In this document: in pieces, positions 39,435 through 50,439 of the stretch
Position numbering within the stretch: position 1 is the first letter of the stretch
How the letters are laid out: each line of letters begins with the position of its first letter
Assembly: GCA_965277405.1 (NCBI GenBank)
Contig: OZ255726.1
Coordinates: 1,600,001-1,664,000, forward strand
Source of the DNA: Gammaproteobacteria bacterium
Lineage (GTDB): Bacteria; Pseudomonadota; Gammaproteobacteria; G965277405
DNA: 64,000 bases
Reading direction: 5' to 3'
Notes under the pieces: generated by a model
Told to the model about the DNA's origin: nothing
The model's database searches: none
The model's input: the letters and a program-made list of their open reading frames with translations, nothing else
Position numbers and translations under genes: made by a program

Positions 39435-40622
39435 ATGCAACACATGAACACAGCAAAACACCTCCGCAGTTTGAATCCATTATTTATACCAGGGCCAACC
39501 AATATTCCATTGCGGTTGCAGCAAGCAATGCAGTATTGGGCCGCTGACCACCGCGCACCTGACTTTCATGAATTTATTCAGCCAATTTATGCTGGATTGT
39601 TGGATATTTTTAATAGCAAGGATGCTACGCCAATTGTGATCACCGCCAGCGGGACAGGGGGTTGGGAGGCAGCACTTACTAATTTGCTGTCGCTTGGCGA
39701 CAAAGTGGCGGCAACTAATAACGGCATGTTTGGGCAAAGGTGGATTGAAATGTGCCATGGTCTACAATACCGCGTACAAGAAGTGGCTGGAGTGTGGGGT
39801 GATGGTGCATCTGCATCCGCATTTGCCCAAGCATTGATTGACGATGCCAATCACGATATTAAAGCAGTACTCGTCACCCATAATGAAACATCGACCGGTG
39901 TAACTTCTGATGTTGCGGCAATTCGTGCGGCATTGGATTCTGCAAATCATCCTGCATTGTTGTTGGTTGACTGTATCAGCTCATTGGCATCGATTGATGT
40001 GCAAATGGATGAGTGGGGTATTGATGTGGTGCTGGGTGGGTCGCAAAAAGGATTCATGCTAGCAACTGGAGCAACGGTGCTAGGTTTTAGCCCAAAAGCC
40101 ATGGCGGCGATGGAACAGGCAGGTTCGCCACGCTCATTTTTTGATATCAAAGCCATGGTTGCAGCAAACAACGCTGGTACCTTTCCGTTTACGCCGTCTA
40201 TACCGTTGCTGGCGGGATTGAGAGAAAGCATTGCCATGCTGCTAGAAGAAGGGCTAGAAAATGTGTATGCGCGGCATAGGTTTATTGCTACAGGTGTCCG
40301 TGCTGCAATTGCAGCGTGGAGTTTGCAGCTGTGTGCCAACCATGCTGATGTATATTCTGATACCGTCAGCACAGTCATGGTGCCAGATGGTTTTGATAGC
40401 GAAAGAGTCGTACTGCAAGCATATGAAAAATATGGTGTCTCATATGGCGCAGGGCTTGGGCAAGTTGCAGGCAAAGCATTTCGGATTGGGCATATCGGCA
40501 TGATGACCGCCACCCAAGCTCTCGCTGGGATAGCGACGGCAGAAATGGCAATGGTTGATGTTGGTATCCAGATTAAACTTGGCAGCGGCATAACCGCCGC
40601 ACAACAATGGTACATGCAGTAG
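39435..40622 (+). CDS. Class V PLP aminotransferase, BhcA (aspartate-glyoxylate) / serine-glyoxylate type
   Basis: NPLFIPGPTNIP, GTGGWE, THNETSTGV, GSQKGFML, FRIGHIG and GIATAEM. Confidence 0.85.
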   Translation: MQHMNTAKHLRSLNPLFIPGPTNIPLRLQQAMQYWAADHRAPDFHEFIQPIYAGLLDIFNSKDATPIVITASGTGGWEAALTNLLSLGDKVAATNNGMFGQRWIEMCHGLQYRVQEVAGVWGDGASASAFAQALIDDANHDIKAVLVTHNETSTGVTSDVAAIRAALDSANHPALLLVDCISSLASIDVQMDEWGIDVVLGGSQKGFMLATGATVLGFSPKAMAAMEQAGSPRSFFDIKAMVAANNAGTFPFTPSIPLLAGLRESIAMLLEEGLENVYARHRFIATGVRAAIAAWSLQLCANHADVYSDTVSTVMVPDGFDSERVVLQAYEKYGVSYGAGLGQVAGKAFRIGHIGMMTATQALAGIATAEMAMVDVGIQIKLGSGITAAQQWYMQ

Positions 40623-40844
40623 TTGTGTTTGCGCGATCATTGATAAGCAGTACTCTTGTATCTTTGTTTTGTTGTTGTATTTCCCGGTGGATTGCAGCCA
40701 CGGTTGCGTAAAGCCAGCAAGCGCAGTTATTGATGCTGGCTGATGCTGGCCATTAACAGATGGAGCAAGCGTTGCACAGCAAATTAAAGTCAAATATCGC
40801 CAGATTACGACAAAAAATATACTGGCGATTCTCATCATTTTTAG

Positions 40845-40898
40845 ATAATCATGTTGCAATGCATAATCATGTTGCAATGCATAATAATGTAGCATTGC
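40845..40898 (+). repeat. 18-bp tandem repeat x3 (ATAATCATGTTGCAATGC), third unit degenerate
   Basis: Read directly; intergenic. Confidence 0.85.
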
Positions 40899-41087
40899 TT
40901 TACTATATGCTACATATCACATGGCTACACCAGCGCGTGTTGTGCCTGCATGTGGCAACGCTGCTTAATCAGCAAAAAACACATGGAAACGACAACTTGT
41001 TCGTGTAAATTTTGTAGGGCGGTGTGGTATTTCTATCCCATCGTGCTGTATAGGGTTTTGATTTTTTAATGGATATGTAACACCCCA

Positions 41088-42497
41088 ATGGTTGCAGATA
41101 TATTTTTATACAACACACTAACGCGAAAAAAACAACGCTTTACTCCGCTGACACCAGCACAGATTCGCATGTATGTGTGCGGGATGACGGTGTATGACTT
41201 CTGCCACCTTGGCCACGCGCGGGTAATGGTGGTGTTTGATGCATTTGTGCGCTACCTGCGCCACCGTGGCTACGATGTATTGTATGTGCGCAACATTACC
41301 GATGTCGACGATAAAATTGTTGCGCGCGCGGCTCAACGCAATATCAGCGCAGCGTCGCTCACGGATGAATTCATCAACCATATGCACGATGACGAACGCG
41401 CCCTCGGCAATATTCCGCCCGATGTGCAGCCACGCGTCAGCGAGAATATTGACGCCATCATCGCGCTGATTAACACCCTCATCCAGCGTAATCACGCCTA
41501 CGTTGCCTCAAATAATGATGTGTATTTTCGGGTGCGTTCGTTTACTGAATACGGTCAACTTAGCGGCAGAAATATCGAACAATTACTCGTTGGTGCCAGA
41601 GTTGAGGCTTCAGCGCATAAAGAAGATCCGCTTGACTTTGCGTTATGGAAAGCTGCTGACAGCGGTGACGCGCGCTGGCAATCTCCATGGGGAATGGGGC
41701 GGCCTGGTTGGCATATTGAATGCTCGGCGATGTCCATGCGCACACTCGGGGAAACATTTGACATCCATGGTGGTGGCCCAGATTTAATTTTTCCCCATCA
41801 TGAAAATGAAATTGCACAATCTTGCTGTGCTACTGGTAAGCCATATGCGCGGTATTGGATGCACATTGGCGCGATTGTTGTTGACGGACAAAAAATGTCG
41901 AAATCGCTAGGAAATTTTCATACAATTGCAGATTTACGCGCCCAATATCACCCGTTATTGCTCCGCTATTTCTTATTAAGCAGCCACTACCGCAGCCCTG
42001 TTGACTTTCAAACAGCCAATATTCAAGCTAGCAGTCAGGCGTTAAACCGCTTGCTATTGAGTCTGCGTAATCACGATATTGCCAGCAGCGCGGATGAGGA
42101 TGTGGCAACGAATGCATTTGCAACAGACTTTTACCAGGCCCTCGACGATGACTTCAACACTCCAGCGGCATTTGCCGTATTGTTTGCGCTTGCCCGTGAA
42201 CTCAATAAGGCAACAGCAGCTACTGCTGCTAGGCTTGCTGCAACACTCATCACCATCAGCGCCAGTATTGGTCTCGATCTTAGCAATCCAGAAACATTAT
42301 TAAAATCGACATTAAAATCGGCGTCGCCGCAGCATGATTCTCTCAATGACCAACAAATTGCAGGGTATATTCAGCAACGCCAAGATGCGCGTTTAAACAA
42401 AAAATTTGCCGAGGCTGACCGGATTCGCGAGGTGTTATTGGCAGCGAATATTGTCATCGAAGATACCCCGCAAGGTAGCAGTTGGAGACGAAAATAA
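41088..42497 (+). CDS. cysS: Cysteine--tRNA ligase
   Basis: MYVCGMTVYD..HLGH, GRPGWHIECSAM, HGGG.DL.FPHHENE and KMSKS. Confidence 0.97.
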   Translation: MVADIFLYNTLTRKKQRFTPLTPAQIRMYVCGMTVYDFCHLGHARVMVVFDAFVRYLRHRGYDVLYVRNITDVDDKIVARAAQRNISAASLTDEFINHMHDDERALGNIPPDVQPRVSENIDAIIALINTLIQRNHAYVASNNDVYFRVRSFTEYGQLSGRNIEQLLVGARVEASAHKEDPLDFALWKAADSGDARWQSPWGMGRPGWHIECSAMSMRTLGETFDIHGGGPDLIFPHHENEIAQSCCATGKPYARYWMHIGAIVVDGQKMSKSLGNFHTIADLRAQYHPLLLRYFLLSSHYRSPVDFQTANIQASSQALNRLLLSLRNHDIASSADEDVATNAFATDFYQALDDDFNTPAAFAVLFALARELNKATAATAARLAATLITISASIGLDLSNPETLLKSTLKSASPQHDSLNDQQIAGYIQQRQDARLNKKFAEADRIREVLLAANIVIEDTPQGSSWRRK

Positions 42498-42499
42498 TA

Positions 42500-44077
42500 A
42501 TGCAAGACTCGACTCTACGGTTTAATAATTTTTTTACCCAAGAACTTCCAGCAGATAATGATCACAGCAATACCATTCGCCAAGTTGCAAACGCCTGCTT
42601 TTCTTGGGTCACCCCAACGCATTGCTCGCAACCAACGCTGCTTGCGCATTCAGCAGAAGTTGCAAAAATGCTGGCAATTCAAGTTGATGGCAGTTGGTTT
42701 TCTGATGTATTCGCTGGCAATAAAACTCTTGCAGGAATGCAGCCGTACGCGATGCGCTACGGCGGTCATCAATTCGGTAACTGGGCAGGGCAACTTGGTG
42801 ATGGTCGTGCAATTAACCTAGGTCAGTTGAATACAGCTGACCAGCAACACTTCACCTTGCAGTTAAAAGGAGCGGGGAAAACCCCATATTCACGCCACGC
42901 TGATGGCAGAGCCGTATTACGCTCCTCATTACGTGAATTCCTCTGCAGTGAAGCAATGCACCACCTTGGGATTCCAACTACCAGAGCACTCTCACTCGTC
43001 CTCAGCGGCGATCAAGTTACCCGAGATATTATGTATAACGGCAATGTCGCAGCCGAACCTGGCGCCATCGTCTGCCGTGTTGCCCCGACGTTTTTACGGT
43101 TTGGTAGTTTTCAACTGCATACCGCCATGGGCGAACAGCTGCTGCTGCAACAACTTGCTGATTTCACCATTGCCCATTACTTCCCAACTGTAGATGCGAC
43201 CTCAGCAGAGAAATACATCCAATGGTTTGAGATAGTTGCCCAGCAAACAGCAAAAACTGTTGCCCATTGGCAGCGCGTTGGTTTTGTCCATGGTGTATTG
43301 AACACCGATAATATGTCGATAACTGGTGAGACAATCGACTACGGTCCATATGGATGGCTAGAGCCATACCAACCGAATTGGACACCAAATACTACAGACC
43401 GTGAATACCAGCGCTATGGATTTGCCAACCAACCGTATATCAGTCATTGGAATTTGGGAATGTTTGCCAACTCGCTGGTGCCGTTGCTGCGTGCAAGCAG
43501 CTCGTTGGTTGAGCAGCTCCAGCAAAAATTAGCAGGCTATCCAGGTGTGTATCAACACCATTGGCAGCACACTGCAGCCAGCAAGCTCGGGCTGGCGCGT
43601 TGGCAGAGTGCGTCTGACGAAAAACTCTACAGCACGCTAGAGCAATTGCTCGAACAATGCCAATTTGATTATGTGTTGTTTTTTCGCCAACTTGGCAATG
43701 CGCTGTCATTGCCAAATGACCAGGCGCTGCAACTCCTTGCGGCAACGAGCTATACAGCGCTGTCAACCGCACAACTCGACGCTTGTCGCGATTGGTTGCG
43801 GCGATACCGTGCGCGTCTTGGTCGCCAAACAGCCCAGCAAATCACCGCGCAAATCACCGTGATGAATACAGTTAACCCAAAATATGTATTGCGCAACTAC
43901 CTGGCGCATCAAGCAATTGAAGCCGCCCACGCTGGCGATTACAGCGTATTGCATACCTTGCAAGCGCTGTTGCGCACCCCATACGATGAACAACCAACCA
44001 TGGAGCGCTTCGCAAAAAAACGCCCTGATTGGGCGGAAAACAAGGTCGGGTGCAGCAAATTATCGTGCAGTTCGTAA
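42500..44077 (+). CDS. selO: Protein adenylyltransferase SelO (YdiU)
   Basis: YGGHQFG..AGQLGDGRA, QLKGAGKTPYSR..DGRAVLRSS, GFVHGVLNTDN and C-terminal CSS. Confidence 0.93.
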   Translation: MQDSTLRFNNFFTQELPADNDHSNTIRQVANACFSWVTPTHCSQPTLLAHSAEVAKMLAIQVDGSWFSDVFAGNKTLAGMQPYAMRYGGHQFGNWAGQLGDGRAINLGQLNTADQQHFTLQLKGAGKTPYSRHADGRAVLRSSLREFLCSEAMHHLGIPTTRALSLVLSGDQVTRDIMYNGNVAAEPGAIVCRVAPTFLRFGSFQLHTAMGEQLLLQQLADFTIAHYFPTVDATSAEKYIQWFEIVAQQTAKTVAHWQRVGFVHGVLNTDNMSITGETIDYGPYGWLEPYQPNWTPNTTDREYQRYGFANQPYISHWNLGMFANSLVPLLRASSSLVEQLQQKLAGYPGVYQHHWQHTAASKLGLARWQSASDEKLYSTLEQLLEQCQFDYVLFFRQLGNALSLPNDQALQLLAATSYTALSTAQLDACRDWLRRYRARLGRQTAQQITAQITVMNTVNPKYVLRNYLAHQAIEAAHAGDYSVLHTLQALLRTPYDEQPTMERFAKKRPDWAENKVGCSKLSCSS

Positions 44078-44183
44078 TAGTTTAAAAAAAATCCCCCAAT
44101 ACGCGATTATGGCGTATGATGAAATTATAAAATGTCTGCATCTGAGTTGCTGGCAAAAATCACAAACACATAAGGAGAAACAT

Positions 44184-45218
44184 ATGAAAAAATCCATTCG
44201 CATACTGCGTATAATTGCCTGCTTAGCTATTGGCTTTAGTGCAATTTCAACGGCGTTTGCCGGAGCTACGATTGATGCCATGAAAAAAAGAGGTAGCCTT
44301 AATTGTGGGGTTAACTCTGGATTGGAGGGGTTTTCTGCAATAGATTCTGATGGTCATTTCATCGGTTTTGATACGGACATGTGTCGTGCAGTTGCCGTAT
44401 CGATTCTTGGTGCTGGTGAAAAAGTTAATTTTATACCATTGACTGCGCAACAGCGTTTTACCGCGTTACAGTCTGGTGAGGTTGATATGGTTTCGCGTAA
44501 TACGACATGGACATTATCACGTGATGCGTCGCTCGGTGGCATGTTTGCTGCTGTCACGTATTACGATGGGCAGGGGTACATGGTTCCTAAAAAATTGGGT
44601 GTTACCAGTGCTACCCAACTAAAAGGTGCGACGGTATGTGTTGAAGCCGGGACAACCACTGAAAAAAACTCAACTGACTATTCGTACGCACATGGATTAA
44701 AATTAAAATCAGTTGTCTTTAATACTCTAGAAGCTGCTAGAGCGGCATATTTTTCTGGTCGTTGCTCTGTGTATACAACGGATGCATCAGGGCTTGCTTC
44801 AACCCGCAACGCAGAAGCCAAAAACCCAGCTGATCATATTATTCTTCCAGAGATGATTTCTAAAGAACCTCTAGGTCTAATGGTGCGGCGCGGTGATGAT
44901 GAGTTTTTTACAATTGCCAAATGGGTAGTGTTTGGACTAGTTAATGCTGAAGAATACGGCATCACTCAGGCGAATGTATTAGACAAACAAAAAAATGAGA
45001 AAGACCCTACTGTTATGCGCATGCTCGGCTCTTCTGAAGACACTGGTAGACTGCTCGGCCTTGATAAAGATTGGCTCGTTCGTCCCATCCTAGCTGTCGG
45101 CAATTATGGCGAGATTTTCGAACGTAACGTTGGTCCAAACACACCACTTGCACTGCCACGTGGTCTAAATGCTCTTTGGACAGAAGGTGGCTTGATGTAT
45201 GCACCGCCTATTCGATAA
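44184..45218 (+). CDS. aapJ: General L-amino acid ABC transporter substrate-binding protein, copy 1
   Basis: LNCGVN, RFTALQSGEVD, YYDGQG, ISKEPLG, VGNYGEIFERN and GGLMYAPPIR. RBS AAGGAG before the ATG at 44184. Confidence 0.93.
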   Translation: MKKSIRILRIIACLAIGFSAISTAFAGATIDAMKKRGSLNCGVNSGLEGFSAIDSDGHFIGFDTDMCRAVAVSILGAGEKVNFIPLTAQQRFTALQSGEVDMVSRNTTWTLSRDASLGGMFAAVTYYDGQGYMVPKKLGVTSATQLKGATVCVEAGTTTEKNSTDYSYAHGLKLKSVVFNTLEAARAAYFSGRCSVYTTDASGLASTRNAEAKNPADHIILPEMISKEPLGLMVRRGDDEFFTIAKWVVFGLVNAEEYGITQANVLDKQKNEKDPTVMRMLGSSEDTGRLLGLDKDWLVRPILAVGNYGEIFERNVGPNTPLALPRGLNALWTEGGLMYAPPIR

Positions 45219-45411
45219 TTTCCCATGCGTACACTTTCTGCAGATTTACATAAACAACGATTAGCAACAACAGCAGTATTGTCAATACTAGTATTGCAGT
45301 TGACATTTGCTAACCAGCGTTGTTGGAAAGTGCTTTATATGTAATTAGCAACCAAGGCTAGTATGACTGCTAGCCTTGTTTGTATTCAACATCGCAACAT
45401 TGGGGGAATAT

Positions 45412-46581
45412 ATGGCTAGCAAGAAACAACCGTTTTCGTTGAATAGCAAAGCTACACGAGCTGTTATATATCAAATTATTGTAGTCGCTATATTGGTCGC
45501 TTTTTTCTGGTATCTTGCAGCGAATACCATGGCAAATTTGGCTCAACGCGGTATACAAAGTGGTTTTGATTTTTTATCTGAGCCGGCAAGCTTTGATATT
45601 GGCGAAACAGTGATACCCTTTAACCCAATAGTGGACTCATACGCTAGAGCCTTTGTAGTTGGATTGCTAAATACCATCCGTGTCGCCATCGTCGGTCTAT
45701 TTACTGCAACGATTATAGGTACACTCCTAGGTATAGGTAGATTTTCAAGCAACGCGCTTATACGTGGTATTTGCTATGGATACGTTGAAACATTTCGCAA
45801 TATTCCAGTGCTGCTGCAACTGTTGCTTTGGTACCTAGTATTTGTTGAAGTTCTCCCGCCACTGTTGGATGCGGTGATTATTTGGGACGTTATTTATCTT
45901 AGCAAAGAGGGTTTCGCATTTCCTAGCCCAATTTGGGAATACGGGCATCTGACGCTGGGTATTGGGCTTATTGCTGGCTGTATAGCCGCATACACCAACA
46001 CGAAAATTAAGTTACGCTCTTTTGAGCAAACAGGGGTATATCGCAATGTGACATTGGCTAACGTGTTATTTATTGTTGGTTTTACCCTGCTTGGCTGGGC
46101 AGTCGGTGGGTTCCCTAACGACTGGTCAGTCCCTGTACATGAAGGCTTTTCGCTGCAAGGCGGGATGACGTTGACCCCTGAATTCATGGCGGTTTATCTG
46201 GGATTGTCATTATATACCGCAGCATTTATTGGTGAAAATGTTCGCAGCGGGATTGCCGCAGTATCTTTTGGGCAATTAGAAGCTGCAAAAAGCCTTGGCT
46301 TGGCTGCGAAGCAATCGATGCGATTTATTATTTTCCCGCAGGCGTTGCGGGTAATTGTTCCTCCTGTAACTAACCAATACCTCAACTTGACTAAAAACTC
46401 GTCGTTAGCTGTTGCGGTTGGCTACCCTGATATTGTTTCAGTTTCAAATACATCACTCAATCAAACTGGTCGTGCCATCGAGTGCATTACGCTTATTATA
46501 ATTGCGTATCTTATCTTATCATTGGCAACATCAGCTCTTATGAATTGGTATAACAAGCGCGTTGCTATCTTGGAGCGCTAA
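45412..46581 (+). CDS. aapQ: Amino acid ABC transporter permease
   Basis: SGFDFL, GLLNT, YVETFRNIP, LYTAAFIGENVRSGI and YLNLTKNSSLA. Confidence 0.92.
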   Translation: MASKKQPFSLNSKATRAVIYQIIVVAILVAFFWYLAANTMANLAQRGIQSGFDFLSEPASFDIGETVIPFNPIVDSYARAFVVGLLNTIRVAIVGLFTATIIGTLLGIGRFSSNALIRGICYGYVETFRNIPVLLQLLLWYLVFVEVLPPLLDAVIIWDVIYLSKEGFAFPSPIWEYGHLTLGIGLIAGCIAAYTNTKIKLRSFEQTGVYRNVTLANVLFIVGFTLLGWAVGGFPNDWSVPVHEGFSLQGGMTLTPEFMAVYLGLSLYTAAFIGENVRSGIAAVSFGQLEAAKSLGLAAKQSMRFIIFPQALRVIVPPVTNQYLNLTKNSSLAVAVGYPDIVSVSNTSLNQTGRAIECITLIIIAYLILSLATSALMNWYNKRVAILER

Positions 46582-46582
46582 A

Positions 46583-47683
46583 ATGACAGCATTGTTTCAA
46601 TCTATTCCTCCACGCCCAGCACCGTTTAGAACACAAGGTTTGCGCTTTTGGCTCAAAACAAACCTCTTCAATTCGCCACTCAACATTGCGTTAACTACTG
46701 TAATTCTGCTAATCATTGGCTATAACATCCAACCATTTTTATCTTGGTTTGTCATCAACTCTGTTGTCAGTGTTGATGCTGATGCATGTCAGTTAGCACG
46801 TGGGGCTGGAGCTTGTTGGGGGGGGGTTGTCGAAAAATGGCGTGTCATTATCTTCGGCTTCTATCCACAAGATGAATTATGGCGCCCTGAACTTGCTACA
46901 TTGCTCCTTATAAGTTTACTCGCTGCCAGTTGCGTCAATGTTTTTTGGAATCGCTGGCTGATTGTAGCTTGGATTGTTGTTACAATTTTATTTTTCTGGT
47001 TGATGGGCGGTGGTTTTGGTTTGACTGAAGTCCAAAGCAATAAATGGGGGGGGCTGCCGTTAACAATCATGCTAGCTACGTACAGCATCTCGCTTTCATT
47101 CCCGCTTGGTGTCATCCTAGCGCTTGGCAGAATGTCAAATCTGCCTACAATCAAATCGATATGTGTGGTGTTTATCGAATTGATTCGTGGTATTCCTTTG
47201 ATTTCTGTGTTGTTTATGGCAAGTTTTTTATTCCCATTATTCATGCCAATAGGTACATCACCAGATGTGTTAATACGCGTACTCGTGGGTCTAACTCTAT
47301 TTTCAGCAGCGTATCTTGCCGAGGTTGTCCGCGGTGGATTGCAGGCAATTCCTAAGGGTCAAGTCGAAGCATCTGGGTCACTCGGGTTGAGCTACTGGCA
47401 AATGCAAAGGAAGATAATTTTACCCCAAGCGCTGACGATGGTGATCCCAGGCATCATAAATAGTTTTATCAGCATGTTTAAAGACACTTCTTTGGTTACC
47501 ATTGTCTCGCTATATGAACTCCTCGGCGCAACGCGACTTGCGTTTTATTCAGATGCTAACTGGCGCCCATTCATATTTGAAGGGTTCATGTTCATCGCCC
47601 TGTTATATTTTATTTTTTGCTTTTCTATGTCCCGCTACAGTTTGTACATAGAAAAATTATTATACCGCAGTAAAAAGCGTTGA
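46583..47683 (+). CDS. aapM: Amino acid ABC transporter permease
   Basis: GACWG, WGGLPLT, FIELIRGIPLI, AYLAEVVRGGLQAIPKGQ and FKDTSLV. Confidence 0.92.
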   Translation: MTALFQSIPPRPAPFRTQGLRFWLKTNLFNSPLNIALTTVILLIIGYNIQPFLSWFVINSVVSVDADACQLARGAGACWGGVVEKWRVIIFGFYPQDELWRPELATLLLISLLAASCVNVFWNRWLIVAWIVVTILFFWLMGGGFGLTEVQSNKWGGLPLTIMLATYSISLSFPLGVILALGRMSNLPTIKSICVVFIELIRGIPLISVLFMASFLFPLFMPIGTSPDVLIRVLVGLTLFSAAYLAEVVRGGLQAIPKGQVEASGSLGLSYWQMQRKIILPQALTMVIPGIINSFISMFKDTSLVTIVSLYELLGATRLAFYSDANWRPFIFEGFMFIALLYFIFCFSMSRYSLYIEKLLYRSKKR

Positions 47684-47695
47684 CCAGGACTACCA

Positions 47696-48439
47696 ATGAC
47701 AGATAATATTATTACTTTTGCAAATGTGAATAAATGGTACAGTAACGACTTTCATGTGCTGCGTGATATTAGTTTAGAAGTCAACGTTGGTGAGCGCATT
47801 GTTATTTGTGGACCTTCAGGGTCGGGGAAGTCAACGTTGGTGCGGTGCATCAACCGTCTTGAAGAATACCAAGAAGGCAAAATAACTGTCGACGGTATTG
47901 AAGTAACCGACAACGTAAAATCGATTGAGAAAATCCACAAACTCGTCAACATGGTCTTTCAGGAATTCAATTTATTCCCGCATCTGACCGTGCTAGAAAA
48001 TTTAACCCTAGCACCAATGTGGGTGTTAAAAATGCCACGCAAACAAGCAGACGAACGCGCCATGGAACAATTACAACGGGTGCAGATTGAAGAACAAGCT
48101 TATAAATATCCGCTGCAACTTTCTGGCGGGCAGCAGCAACGCGTTGCGATCGCCCGTGCGCTGTGTCTATCCCCAAAAATCATGCTGTTTGACGAGCCGA
48201 CATCTGCGCTTGACCCAGAGATGATTAAAGAAGTCCTCGATGTGATGGTTGGGCTTGCAGAGCAAGGAATGACGATGATCGTTGTCACTCATGAAATGGG
48301 CTTTGCCCAAGCTGTCGCTGACTATGTTATTTTCATGGATGAAGGTCAAATTGTTGAACGTGCGCGCCCAAACGATTTTTTTAACAATCCGCAAAACGAA
48401 CGCTCCAAAGACTTTCTTTCAAAAATTATCGGTAACTAA
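47696..48439 (+). CDS. aapP: Amino acid ABC transporter ATP-binding protein
   Basis: [24 protein letters not shown] and [12 protein letters not shown]. Confidence 0.95.
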   Translation: MTDNIITFANVNKWYSNDFHVLRDISLEVNVGERIVICGPSGSGKSTLVRCINRLEEYQEGKITVDGIEVTDNVKSIEKIHKLVNMVFQEFNLFPHLTVLENLTLAPMWVLKMPRKQADERAMEQLQRVQIEEQAYKYPLQLSGGQQQRVAIARALCLSPKIMLFDEPTSALDPEMIKEVLDVMVGLAEQGMTMIVVTHEMGFAQAVADYVIFMDEGQIVERARPNDFFNNPQNERSKDFLSKIIGN

Positions 48440-48507
48440 CTTTTTATGCATCTACAACAAAACATGATTGACTATAAAGTTACCCCACCAGCACTGGCAC
48501 AAATCGC

Positions 48508-48786
48508 ATGCATTTTATCATTATTGGACTATCAATCATCGTCCTCCTTGTTTTGGCGGTTGCTGCGTCGATTTATGCTCGTCAACGTCGCAATTATTGG
48601 CGAGTAGCTGCAACACTGATTATTCTTGGAGTTGCCGCGTTTATTGGCAGTAGTTTTACCACAAGCGAAATATTACCAAACGGCATCCTCTACGCAGCGT
48701 ATTTCTTGTTAACCCCGATCGGCTACCTCAGCGTGCTACTCGGAACCATCTGCGCAATAACCCTATATGTTATTCGTAATAAGTAA
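48508..48786 (+). CDS. Small three-TM hypothetical membrane protein
   Basis: 92-aa ORF with three hydrophobic segments. Confidence 0.5.
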   Translation: MHFIIIGLSIIVLLVLAVAASIYARQRRNYWRVAATLIILGVAAFIGSSFTTSEILPNGILYAAYFLLTPIGYLSVLLGTICAITLYVIRNK

Positions 48787-48991
48787 TAGCTATATAGCAT
48801 ACGGAAACATCTTACTGCTATTTAATGTCGCCGCATTGTTGCTAAAGTAGCTACCCATTTGCTCTTATCTCTTGGCAAAACTTTACAAAATAACACCACC
48901 ACCCCCGCATAATTTATTGAAATTAGTGAAGTCGCCAAATTAACGTCATCGATACGCCATGTTTTGTCGCAACTTAAGACCTGGTTGATGA

Positions 48992-49123
48992 TCATTGGGA
49001 CGCGAGATGTTCAAATAAGCGGGCAACTGCTTCGGCTCCTGGATCGATGTGTCCTGCTAGTTGCGCTGCGCTGATGTATGCCGCGCGACCAGCGTTGGCT
49101 TTGACCAAGGTCGCGGTGTATTG
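48992..49123 (-). pseudogene. C-terminal remnant of a dihydroxyacetone kinase (DAK2/DhaL domain)
   Basis: Manual translation gives QYTATLVKANAGRAAYISAAQLAGHIDPGAEAVARLFEHLASQ* (A..GRA.Y and DPGA motifs); too short for the ORF track. Confidence 0.75.
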
Positions 49124-49127
49124 CCAA

Positions 49128-49292
49128 ATTGCAGCAGCCCACGCAGGCGATTATAGCGTATTGCACACATTACAAGCGGTGTTGCGAACTCTCCCGTACG
49201 CTGAACAGCCAAACAAGGAATACCTCGCCCAAACACGCCAAAATTGCGCAAAAAACAAGCTCTGGCGCAGCTAATTATCGTGAAGTTCGTAA
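49128..49292 (+). pseudogene. Duplicated, decayed 3' end of selO
   Basis: Aligns to 43916-44077 with internal stops. Confidence 0.85.
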
Positions 49293-49401
49293 TTATTCCT
49301 AAACAAAATACTGTAATTGGCAAAATGTACGCTAAAATAGCAATTTAAAAAATATCTGCAATCGGTGCAGGTAAAAATCACTAAACTAAAAGGAGATATT
49401 C

Positions 49402-50439
49402 ATGAAAAAATTATTTTTCATTATAATCAGTACGCTTACGATCTTGGCTACTGGCTTAGGTATGGTTTCATCGGCGTTTGCTGGAGCCACGATCGATGCC
49501 ATGAAAAAAAGAGGTAGCCTTAATTGTGGGGTTAACGCTGGGTTGGTTGGGTTTTCAGCGGTAGATTCTGATGGTCGATTCTCTGGTCTTGATGCAGACG
49601 TGTGTAAGGCTATTGCCGCATCGATTCTAGGTTCTGGTGAAAAAGTTAATTTTGTACCATTGACTGCGCAACAGCGTTTTACCGCGTTACAGTCAGGCGA
49701 GATTGATATCATTTCACGCAATACAACATGGACATTGTCACGCGATGCTTCGCTCGGTGGCATGTTTACTGGTATCACGTATTACGATGGGCAAGGCTTC
49801 ATGATTCCTAAAAAATTGGGTATTAGCAGCGCTATCAAGCTAAAAGGTGCGACGGTATGTGTTGAAGCTGGGACAACCACTGAAAAAAACTTAACTGATT
49901 ATTCGTACGCAAAAGGGTTAAAATTAAGACCAGTTGTCTTCGATTCTCAAGCCGCGGCTAGAGCGGCATATTTTTCTGGTCGTTGCGTTGCGTATACAAC
50001 GGATGCATCAGGGCTTGCGTCAACCCGCAACGCTGAAGCCAAAAATCCAGATGACCATATAATTCTTCCAGAGATGATTTCTAAAGAACCGTTAGGTCCG
50101 ATGGTGATGCGCGGTGATGATGAGTTTTTTACAATTGCCAAATGGGTAGTGTTTGGACTAATTAATGCTGAAGAATACGGTATCACTCAGGCGAATGTAT
50201 TGGACAAACAAAAAAATGATAAAAACCCTACTATTATGCGCATGCTCGGCTCTTCTGAAGACACTGGTAGACTGCTAGGTTTGGATAAAGACTGGCTCGT
50301 GCGTGCCATCCAAGCCGTCGGAAATTATGGCGAGATTTTCGAACGCAACGTTGGTCCAAACACACCACTTGCACTGCCACGTGGTCTAAATTCTCTCTGG
50401 ACAGCAGGCGGGTTGATGTATGCACCGCCTATTCGATAA
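49402..50439 (+). CDS. aapJ: General L-amino acid ABC transporter substrate-binding protein, copy 2
   Basis: Highly similar to 44184-45218; intact ORF with RBS AAGGAG. Confidence 0.93.
   Translation: MKKLFFIIISTLTILATGLGMVSSAFAGATIDAMKKRGSLNCGVNAGLVGFSAVDSDGRFSGLDADVCKAIAASILGSGEKVNFVPLTAQQRFTALQSGEIDIISRNTTWTLSRDASLGGMFTGITYYDGQGFMIPKKLGISSAIKLKGATVCVEAGTTTEKNLTDYSYAKGLKLRPVVFDSQAAARAAYFSGRCVAYTTDASGLASTRNAEAKNPDDHIILPEMISKEPLGPMVMRGDDEFFTIAKWVVFGLINAEEYGITQANVLDKQKNDKNPTIMRMLGSSEDTGRLLGLDKDWLVRAIQAVGNYGEIFERNVGPNTPLALPRGLNSLWTAGGLMYAPPIR

Noticed and set aside
42500-44077. SelO as a selenoprotein
   Set aside because: It ends CSS-TAA with a Cys codon and has no in-frame TGA. The TGA at the equivalent position occurs only in the decayed duplicate, which has another upstream stop.
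43884-44183. 100-aa N-terminal extension of aapJ in the ORF track
   Set aside because: It overlaps selO. The RBS and signal peptide begin at the ATG at 44184, matching the paralogue at 49402.
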